From an uncultured Candidatus Saccharimonas sp. (lineage in GTDB: Bacteria; Patescibacteriota; Saccharimonadia; Saccharimonadales; Saccharimonadaceae), in NCBI GenBank assembly GCA_963528875.1, contig CAURWT010000002.1, positions 60,001 through 92,000 on the forward strand: DNA of 32,000 nucleotides. The letters are read 5' to 3'. Of the stretch, positions 1 through 5,571 are shown in pieces. A program made the translations under genes and the position numbers. The notes under the pieces were generated by a model, which saw only the letters and a list, made by a program, of their open reading frames with translations, did not search any database and was not told the origin of the DNA. Position 1 is the stretch's first letter. Each line of letters opens with the position of its first letter.

Positions 1-117
1 AAAGCAAATCTGGCGGTAATCAAATTATTAAGCGAAGAATTTGGCGTTTCGAAAAGCAAAGTTTCCTTAAAAACCGGTGTAAAATCACGATTTAAGATTT
101 TCGAAATTGAAAAATAA
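1..117 (+). CDS. C-terminal fragment of a DUF167/YggU-like small protein (start lies upstream of the window)
   Basis: Frame is open from base 1 to TAA at 115-117. The tail KANLAVIKLLSEEFGVSKSKVSLKTGVKSRFKIFEIEK resembles the conserved C-terminus of DUF167 proteins (from memory, not searched). Confidence 0.4.
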   Translation, partial: KANLAVIKLLSEEFGVSKSKVSLKTGVKSRFKIFEIEK

Positions 118-280
118 CAATTTTACTTCCATAAAAGCAATTCTATTTTAGTCATAATTAAATAGAAAAAGAAGACTATTCCTTCGATTTTTAGTTGGCA
201 GGTTTAATCTATAACACAAATAACTATAATATTTTATATAATAATTTTACAATCAGTCCATTTTATAGTATAATTTAGTT

Positions 281-610
281 ATGTTTAAAGAATTATCTCG
301 ATTAATTAGAGATTACGCAGAAAATCAATCAACCGATTCAGTGAAGCGATATTATAACGACATCGCAGACGCTTTAGATGATGAAGAGTTTCTTCAGACT
401 CTATCAAACACAGGAGTTTTAAATCAACTAGATTATCTTCTGGATAACTTCGACTACTATATATCCAATGCAGGCAATCACCAGAATGCATTAAATACAA
501 TCTATACTAACTATGTTATATATAGATCAGAACCAAAGCAGGCTATCAGTAATTTTTTGGAAAAAATTAAAAATTTTGAAAAAAAATTAAAGAAAGTGAA
601 GAAAGCTTAG
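281..610 (+). CDS. hypothetical helical protein, 109 aa; possible N-terminal part of a frameshifted longer gene
   Basis: ORF from the track with no family recognised. It ends 24 nt after an A8 run (579-586). From that run the -1 frame is open into the next ORF. Confidence 0.5.
   Translation: MFKELSRLIRDYAENQSTDSVKRYYNDIADALDDEEFLQTLSNTGVLNQLDYLLDNFDYYISNAGNHQNALNTIYTNYVIYRSEPKQAISNFLEKIKNFEKKLKKVKKA
580..586 (+). other. A_AAA_AAA slippery heptamer / A8 homopolymer linking ORFs 281-610 and 652-1152
   Basis: Zero-frame codons are GAA AAA AAA TTA. A -1 slip gives AAA AAA ATT AAA GAA..., a frame with no stop from 580 to 1152. Confidence 0.35.
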
Positions 611-651
611 AAATAATTAAAAAAGTCGCAGGTGATATATCTGGTGCTGAG

Positions 652-1152
652 ATGTTAGAAAAGTATGCTAGATTTTTTGATAAAGAAGCTAAAAAGCATA
701 AAGAGGAATCGAGAAAGTGGCTAAAATGGTTAACTATATCCGTTATTATATTTACTGCTATTGTTGCATTACTTTTGTTTGTTCAAATTTCTAACTTCTC
801 TATTATTAAAGACTGGATAGCTAATGATATAAAATGGTTAGCTAATCTAAACACCTTGATGCTTGTTATAAAAGGCTCAATAATTATAGCTTATGTTCAA
901 ATTCCGCTATTTATTAGAAAAAATTACTTTGCAGAAAAACATTTAGAGCAGTCCTCAATCCATCGCAGAAATGTATTAAGAGCTCTGCACGCCGTCTATA
1001 AAACAATAAGCAATCCTGAAGAAAAGGATAAGATACTCACAGTCGGAGCAACTATTGCATTCTCAGAACCAGAAAGCGGATTTATTACTAGAAAAGAAGG
1101 TGCTGGCGGAGATGACAATATTGAAGCTATTTTAAAGGTAATCAGTAAATAA
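652..1152 (+). CDS. hypothetical membrane protein with two predicted TM helices; may start upstream via the frameshift
   Basis: ORF from the track. Hydrophobic stretches are WLTISVIIFTAIVALLLFV and LMLVIKGSIIIAYVQIPLFI. The same frame stays open upstream to 580 (KKIKESEESLEIIKKVAGDISGAE-M...). Confidence 0.55.
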   Translation: MLEKYARFFDKEAKKHKEESRKWLKWLTISVIIFTAIVALLLFVQISNFSIIKDWIANDIKWLANLNTLMLVIKGSIIIAYVQIPLFIRKNYFAEKHLEQSSIHRRNVLRALHAVYKTISNPEEKDKILTVGATIAFSEPESGFITRKEGAGGDDNIEAILKVISK

Positions 1153-1160
1153 AAGCAAAA

Positions 1161-1208
1161 AACGGCAGCGATGCCCGAACCAAAATCGGGTACATTACCG
1201 TTCTTTTA
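1161..1208 (+). terminator. intrinsic terminator after the 652-1152 gene
   Basis: Imperfect hairpin AACGG..GCCCGA / TCGGGT..CCGTT followed by CTTTTAT. Confidence 0.5.
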
Positions 1209-1221
1209 TACTTTAATAGCG

Positions 1222-1335
1222 CTACAAAATAAAAAAATCAATATTATCTAATTGTTTTGCCGGTTTGAGTTTTAATTTCGAGTTCTTGATTTTTTCAAGC
1301 TCTTGTTCAAACTCGGTTTCGTTAGTATTTTGCAT
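1222..1335 (-). CDS. small ORF, 37 aa (MQNTNETEFEQELEKIKNSKLKLKPAKQLDNIDFFIL)
   Basis: Hand translated. ATG at 1335-1333 is preceded by AAAAGGAG 7 nt upstream, and the stop is TAG at 1224-1222. It is below the ORF-track cutoff and has no homology basis. Confidence 0.3.
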   Translation of the reverse strand: MQNTNETEFEQELEKIKNSKLKLKPAKQLDNIDFFIL

Positions 1336-1410
1336 AATTTACTCCTTTTTAGTGAGCGGTTTGAACTGAAGTATGGTTGGGTGGATTCTAGCTCGAATCG
1401 CTCACTAAAA

Positions 1411-1438
1411 GTTATAATTTTGAAGTTTCCTAGTCTAA
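1411..1438 (-). promoter_or_regulatory. possible promoter (TTAGAC-16-TATAAC) for the small minus-strand ORF
   Basis: Reverse complement of 1433-1438 is TTAGAC and of 1411-1416 is TATAAC. A 12-bp inverted repeat (1347-1358 / 1399-1410) lies in the resulting leader. Confidence 0.3.
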
Positions 1439-1694
1439 TTGCTTAAGCTCTAAATTATTGCTGATTAGCTCGCTTTCGAAAGGGAAGACTTCTATTAAAT
1501 AATGCCAGATTGTTAATAAACACACCTATTATCAGGTTTTTGTTAGACTGATGAAGAGGCTTAAAACCAAAGTCCCCTCAATTCGTATAACAAAAAAGAG
1601 TGCAGCATCGCCATAACACTACGCTCTTTTGGTCTTATCTTTTTCTATATAATTAAAAAGCCAAGACAAAGTGTTTACAATAAACATCTCATCT

Positions 1695-1769
1695 TGGCTG
1701 GGATGGAGGGATTCGAACCCCCGAATGGCGGGACCAGAACCCGCTGCCTTACCACTTGGCGACATCCCA
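1695..1769 (-). tRNA. tRNA-Gln (anticodon CUG), CCA encoded
   Basis: The reverse complement is TGGGATGTCGCCAAGTGGTAAGGCAGCGGGTTCTGGTCCCGCCATTCGGGGGTTCGAATCCCTCCATCCCAGCCA. It has a 7-bp acceptor stem with U1-A72, anticodon stem GCGGG/CCCGC, loop TTCTGGT and T-loop GGTTCGAATCC. It closely resembles E. coli tRNA-Gln. Confidence 0.92.
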
Positions 1770-1779
1770 ATACTTTTCA

Positions 1780-1808
1780 ATTATATCAAAAAAAATAATG
1801 CTTTTCAA
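1780..1808 (-). promoter_or_regulatory. promoter of tRNA-Gln (TTGAAA-17-TGaTATAAT)
   Basis: On the minus strand TTGAAA is at 1808-1803 and TATAAT at 1785-1780, preceded by TGA. The tRNA 5' end lies 10 nt downstream. Confidence 0.6.
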
Positions 1809-1829
1809 GAGCTTTTCGAAAGCCTTTTA

Positions 1830-1858
1830 TTGACAAAACTCATATTTTCTGCTATAAT
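1830..1858 (+). promoter_or_regulatory. perfect consensus sigma-70 promoter TTGACA-17-TATAAT for the 1903 gene
   Basis: TTGACA at 1830-1835, a 17-nt spacer and TATAAT at 1853-1858. It sits back to back with the tRNA-Gln promoter, with TTTCGAAA (1814-1821) between them. Confidence 0.7.
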
Positions 1859-1902
1859 TTAATTATTCAAGCTTTTGCTAGAACTTTTCAGGAGGACTTA
1901 AA

Positions 1903-2265
1903 ATGATTGACCTTTTATTACAAACTGTGATTGTCGAAGCAATTCAAAGAAATTCAGTCTTACGATTCGAGATGGACGGAAACAAAGTTGTACACATACA
2001 ACCAGAATCAGCGTACAATTTGAATAGTGAATTCGTTGAGCTTCGCGGCTCAGCGGAAATTGTCTTTCTTGGGGGTGATGCCCCAAATAGATTTATCTCA
2101 AGAAAAGAGATTATTCAAATCTGCTTGGTGGTAGATCGAAAATCTAAAGTCAAAAAAATGATGACAGATGAAAATATTCCACCAAGAATTGAAGAGGCTT
2201 TTACAATAAAGCAGTCTAATCTTTCGAAAGAAGAGCTAGAAACACCACCTTTTTTGCGTAATTAG
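1903..2265 (+). CDS. hypothetical small protein, 120 aa
   Basis: ORF from the track, with SD GGAGGA at 1891-1896 and its own promoter and terminator. Confidence 0.6.
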   Translation: MIDLLLQTVIVEAIQRNSVLRFEMDGNKVVHIQPESAYNLNSEFVELRGSAEIVFLGGDAPNRFISRKEIIQICLVVDRKSKVKKMMTDENIPPRIEEAFTIKQSNLSKEELETPPFLRN

Positions 2266-2277
2266 CTCTTCACCCAA

Positions 2278-2299
2278 AGTCGCATTTGCGGCTTTTTAT
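2278..2299 (+). terminator. intrinsic terminator
   Basis: AGTCGC / GCGGCT stem (one G-U pair), 4-nt loop and a T5 run. Confidence 0.5.
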
Positions 2300-2310
2300 T
2301 TCGCTCAAGC

Positions 2311-2339
2311 TTGCATTTTAAAAAATCTTGTTATAAAAT
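2311..2339 (+). promoter_or_regulatory. promoter TTGCAT-17-TAAAAT for the 2398 gene
   Basis: TTGCAT at 2311-2316 and TAAAAT at 2334-2339. The leader carries a TCGG-UUCG-CCGA tetraloop hairpin flanked by direct ATAAGCTT repeats. Confidence 0.55.
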
Positions 2340-2397
2340 TTAAGCAATAAGCTTCTCGGTTCGCCGAAATCTATAAGCTTATGGGGGGAGGCTCATT

Positions 2398-2751
2398 ATG
2401 AGCAGTATTTTCATCAAACTTTTTGACGAAACCGTAAGCGAAAGACAGCTTTCGGTTGAGCTCAACAAAATCAAACCCGTTAAAATTGAAGGTGAATCTG
2501 CAGAGCGAATCGTGAAAAATCTCGAAACGCTCCTCGAGGGAAAGGATTCCCTTAGAATAACGGCTGGTGCCAATATTTTTAGTGATAAACTAGTGCTAAT
2601 GGAAGAAGTCTTCGATATTTTCGAAGAACAGAGCATTAACGATTCAGCTTATTACTATAAAATATTTCAAAATTCAGACGAAAACAATGGTTTCCAAATT
2701 TACTGTCGAAGAGGTGACGGTATTGAAATCAAAAGAATTCGTTCGAATTAA
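2398..2751 (+). CDS. hypothetical small protein, 117 aa; distant paralog of the 2868 gene
   Basis: ORF from the track with SD GGGGGGAGG. It shares motifs with the next gene: DKLVLMEEVFDIFEE vs EKIALRKEVFEELLR, and QNSDENNGFQIY vs KQNENVTGFEIF. Confidence 0.6.
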   Translation: MSSIFIKLFDETVSERQLSVELNKIKPVKIEGESAERIVKNLETLLEGKDSLRITAGANIFSDKLVLMEEVFDIFEEQSINDSAYYYKIFQNSDENNGFQIYCRRGDGIEIKRIRSN

Positions 2752-2763
2752 ATTAATATGGAA

Positions 2764-2790
2764 CCTCGCAATTTTGCGGGGATTTTTTTT
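2764..2790 (+). terminator. strong intrinsic terminator
   Basis: CCTCGCA / TGCGGGG 7-bp stem, 4-nt loop and a T8 run. Confidence 0.75.
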
Positions 2791-2794
2791 AACC

Positions 2795-2823
2795 TTGATT
2801 TTTCTTTAAAAAAGTTGTATAAT
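2795..2823 (+). promoter_or_regulatory. promoter TTGATT-17-TATAAT for the 2868 gene
   Basis: TTGATT at 2795-2800 and TATAAT at 2818-2823. Confidence 0.65.
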
Positions 2824-2867
2824 ATCAAAAGCGCTCGTTTGAGTAGCACATTAGAAAGAGGACTTAT

Positions 2868-3203
2868 ATGGCTTATTATATTTTTTCTATTCGCACTTCT
2901 GCTGGTGATGAATTTCTTTATGATGGCGACAGCGATAAACTTATGCGAGACTTAAACGCAATTGATGGGTCGAATCGCACAGGAACGGTTTTAGTTAAGG
3001 ACGAAAAAATAGCTCTTCGAAAAGAAGTTTTCGAGGAACTATTGCGAATCCGTAGCTTATTCAAACAAAATGAAAATGTTACTGGATTTGAGATTTTTGA
3101 TAGCTTTCAGTATTCGAAAGAAAGAAAATTCAGTATTGAGTTTTTAGAAAACGACATAATTGAAGTTTTTAGATTGGAGGAGGAACAAGATGAAAGCCTA
3201 TGA
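2868..3203 (+). CDS. hypothetical small protein, 111 aa; paralog of the 2398 gene
   Basis: ORF from the track with SD AGAGGA; similarity to the 2398 product as listed for that gene. Confidence 0.6.
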   Translation: MAYYIFSIRTSAGDEFLYDGDSDKLMRDLNAIDGSNRTGTVLVKDEKIALRKEVFEELLRIRSLFKQNENVTGFEIFDSFQYSKERKFSIEFLENDIIEVFRLEEEQDESL

Positions 3204-3315
3204 AATCAGGAGCAAGGCATTGCAAGAGTTGAGAACCTTGATGAAAGAAAACCCTTCAGGTACTTTTGCCAGAGGAAAAACAAAGTATCTATGGCAATAC
3301 ATTAAGGAGTACTGA
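3190..3315 (+). CDS. small ORF, 41 aa (MKAYEIRSKALQELRTLMKENPSGTFARGKTKYLWQYIKEY); the frame continues past TGA to 3429
   Basis: Hand translated. The ATG at 3190 overlaps the 3' end of the previous gene and GGAGGAGGA lies upstream. After TGA at 3313-3315 the same frame is open for 37 more codons (QVDEHQTYFRLKSAGKVYDVDIVGDSLTIYKHNWKSS) with no in-frame start codon. Confidence 0.35.
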   Translation: MKAYEIRSKALQELRTLMKENPSGTFARGKTKYLWQYIKEY

Positions 3316-3432
3316 CAAGTAGATGAACATCAAACGTATTTTCGTTTAAAAAGTGCGGGAAAAGTCTACGATGTCGACATAGTTGGAGATTCGTTGACGA
3401 TCTACAAGCACAACTGGAAATCCTCTTAAAAT

Positions 3433-3454
3433 AAAACCCTAAACCAGGGTTTTT
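3433..3454 (+). terminator. intrinsic terminator closing the small-gene array
   Basis: AAAACCCT / AGGGTTTT stem, loop AAACC and a T run. Confidence 0.65.
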
Positions 3455-3588
3455 AATTTTAAATAAAATCCAATGCTAAAATTTTATTTTTTTAAGCATA
3501 ACCATTTCTGTAAAAATTACAACATCCTACATTTAACAGATTAAAAATTGTGGAAAACTTAAAATTAGCTTAAAATTATGTAAAAATA

Positions 3589-3617
3589 TTGACTTTTAGG
3601 TTAATTCGTGATAGAAT
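3589..3617 (+). promoter_or_regulatory. promoter TTGACT-17-TAGAAT for the 3665 gene
   Basis: TTGACT at 3589-3594 and TAGAAT at 3612-3617. Confidence 0.6.
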
Positions 3618-3664
3618 TTAGAAGATAATATCAAAAGAAAACAGACAAGGAAAATGCGAGGAAT

Positions 3665-4183
3665 ATGTCTGAATTACCAGAAAAACAAGTAAAAAGGCTA
3701 AAAAGCTTGATTCAAGAAGCGGAAACGAATCTTGCGGCAGCTAAAGAATTGCTCATAAGCATTAGCGGTGAAGATAACACCGTGACAGCTCCAAGTAATT
3801 CCATCATCGAAAGCCCTCATGGTAAAGTTATTGAAGGTGTTTTCGATGGTCAAACTATGATTGGTCCAGATGGCAAAAATTACCCAGTTCCAGCGAATTA
3901 CGCTTCAAAATCAAAGCTTGTGGAGGGCGATATTTTGAAGCTTACAATTAATGAAGATGGTGGGTTTATTTATAAGCAAATTGGTCCAGTTCCGCGAAAA
4001 CAAATTATTGGAACACTCGTCAATCACGATGGTTCTTTCTTCGTTGAAGCAGGTGGCAATGAATATAAAATTTTGCTTGCAAGTGTAACTTACTTCCGTC
4101 TTCAAGCTGGCGACCAGGTTACAATTATTATCCCAGAAGACAACACCGACACCACTTGGGCTGCGGTCGAGGCTTCATTCTAA
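3665..4183 (+). CDS. hypothetical protein, 172 aa (N-terminal coiled coil plus a beta-rich C-terminal part)
   Basis: ORF from the track, with a clean promoter and a strong terminator. No family recognised. Confidence 0.7.
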   Translation: MSELPEKQVKRLKSLIQEAETNLAAAKELLISISGEDNTVTAPSNSIIESPHGKVIEGVFDGQTMIGPDGKNYPVPANYASKSKLVEGDILKLTINEDGGFIYKQIGPVPRKQIIGTLVNHDGSFFVEAGGNEYKILLASVTYFRLQAGDQVTIIIPEDNTDTTWAAVEASF

Positions 4184-4209
4184 AAAATTTGAGAGATTTA
4201 TATTAGTTA

Positions 4210-4247
4210 AAAATCGTGCGAAACTATTGCGAGGTCGCACGATTTTT
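4210..4247 (+). terminator. intrinsic terminator of the 3665 gene
   Basis: AAAATCGTGCGA / TCGCACGATTTT 12-bp stem plus a T run. Confidence 0.75.
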
Positions 4248-4370
4248 AATTTATTTGCTTTTTTTCGAAAACTTGCTAAATATAATCGCTTATGTTAAAA
4301 TTAGTGAGTTAATTATTAACCTTAAGTACATTGACAAAAGTAATAGATATTTTAATATTATAACATAAAA

Positions 4371-4500
4371 AAACCGCCTAAGCACGGGTGGGCATCGCTT
4401 AGACGGTTTTTTATCTCTTCGACGCACCCGCTAAGGCTCGAAAAATTCGAAGCTGAAAACCCACCAAAATTCAACAAAGGGCTCGCCGGTCAAAGAGGTT
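4371..4500 (-). ncRNA. candidate structured small RNA or orphan regulatory RNA (unclassified)
   Basis: A terminator hairpin (4374-4407) with a U-run on the minus strand, and a 9-bp long-range helix (4415-4423 with 4489-4497). In both, a C-A mismatch on plus becomes G-U on minus. GGGTGGG / CACCCG / CCCACC triple complementarity allows alternative pairings. No convincing promoter was found. Confidence 0.25.
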
Positions 4501-4677
4501 ACCATGTGCAATATTTATAATTCTTATAGTATATAAAGGAGGGATAAAGAATTATTAATAATATATTACACACTATAACAATAGATTTAAGTTTCATTGA
4601 CAAATTTTTAAATTATTTTATCAATATTTATATATTATCATAAACTTATAACAATGTCAACATTATTTTAGGATTTT

Positions 4678-5538
4678 ATGGAAATTATTAAAATTAAGCC
4701 TGCATCATTAGATTATTTAAAAGATTTACAACATATTCCAGACCCACCAAAACAGCTTTTTATACGAGGTCAGCTACCTTCGAAAAAGATTAAAACCGTA
4801 GCAATTGTAGGAACTCGCAAGCCGAGCGCTTATGGTAAGGAGGTTGCAACTAAAATTGCTAGTGAATGCGCCAAAAACGGTATCGTGGTAGTGAGCGGCT
4901 TAGCTTTAGGAATTGACTCGGTTGCACATCGGGCAGCGCTTGATAGCGGCGGGATTACTCTGGCGGTTCTTGCGAATGGTGTTGATAAGATTTATCCGCG
5001 TTCACATGAAGCCTTAGGGCAGAGAATTCTTGAAAATAATGGAGCAATTTTAAGCGAATACCCAAATGGAACGCCAGCCCAACCTTGGCAGTTTTTAGCA
5101 CGTAACAGAATTGTTTCAGGTCTTGCTGATGCTGTAGTAATTATTGAAGCTGCTTCGCGTAGCGGAACTCTCTCAACCGCAAATCATGCCCTCGACCAAG
5201 GAAAGGAAGTTTTTGCCGTTCCAGGAAATATCACCTCACCACTTTCTGCGGGCTGTAATCAGCTTATTAAGAACGGTGCAAATCCCTTAACTTCAATCGA
5301 AGATCTGCTCGATTTTTTAATTCCAGACCGTTTCGAAAAACAAACCAAGCTTTTCCAAGGTGACACACCGGCCGAAAACATAATTCTCGAAATTCTTTCA
5401 AAAAATGGCACAACAGCTAGTGATTCTATAATTAAGCAATCCGGGCTTTCTGTGAGCGACTTTAATCAAGCTGCAACAATGCTCGAAATTAAAGGGTTAA
5501 TCTCAAACAATGGCGGAAATATTTGGAGCTTGAAGTAG
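4678..5538 (+). CDS. dprA: DNA processing protein DprA (Rossmann-like DprA core plus C-terminal winged helix)
   Basis: Translation shows typical DprA motifs: VAIVGTRKPSAYG, VVSGLALGIDSVAHRAAL, LSEYP, FLARNRIVSGL, VIIEAASRSGTLSTANHALDQGKEVFAVPG. Confidence 0.92.
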   Translation: MEIIKIKPASLDYLKDLQHIPDPPKQLFIRGQLPSKKIKTVAIVGTRKPSAYGKEVATKIASECAKNGIVVVSGLALGIDSVAHRAALDSGGITLAVLANGVDKIYPRSHEALGQRILENNGAILSEYPNGTPAQPWQFLARNRIVSGLADAVVIIEAASRSGTLSTANHALDQGKEVFAVPGNITSPLSAGCNQLIKNGANPLTSIEDLLDFLIPDRFEKQTKLFQGDTPAENIILEILSKNGTTASDSIIKQSGLSVSDFNQAATMLEIKGLISNNGGNIWSLK

Positions 5539-5555
5539 ATTTTTAAAAAGAAATG

Positions 5556-5564
5556 TGATATACT
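5556..5564 (+). promoter_or_regulatory. extended -10 (TGaTATACT) 7 nt before ATG 5572; leaderless-type start
   Basis: TG at 5556-5557 and TATACT at 5559-5564. There is no room for an SD. Confidence 0.5.
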
Positions 5565-5571
5565 AAAAAGA

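Noticed and set aside
195-215. Possible att-like duplicate of the tRNA-Gln 3' end (GTTGGCAGGTTT vs CTTGGCTGGGAT)
   Set aside because: It is only a short imperfect match of about 8 of 12 nt, well within chance for this composition, and no integrase is present.
1340-1410. preQ1-I-like riboswitch (hairpin followed by an A-rich tail and SD)
   Set aside because: The loop is 40 nt, far larger than the ~34-nt aptamer. The downstream ORF is a 37-aa peptide unrelated to queuosine metabolism.
1671-1862. 63-aa plus-strand ORF in the track
   Set aside because: It runs antisense straight through tRNA-Gln (1695-1769) and both flanking promoters, so it is a chance ORF.
2758-2955. 65-aa plus-strand ORF
   Set aside because: It starts inside the 2764-2790 terminator, spans the 2795-2823 promoter and overlaps the better-supported 2868 gene in another frame.
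3313-3315. Possibility that TGA is reassigned (code 25 / code 4), as in some candidate phyla
   Set aside because: The GT39-like gene (6997-6999) and the 2868 gene (3201-3203) terminate at TGA. In addition, all long conserved proteins are intact under the standard code.
4371-4560. Identification of the structured spacer as SRP RNA, 6S RNA, tmRNA or RNase P
   Set aside because: None of the hallmark motifs I know is visible on either strand (SRP domain IV GGAA / AGCA loops, a tmRNA tag ORF, the RNase P GGAAAGUCC-type P4 region).
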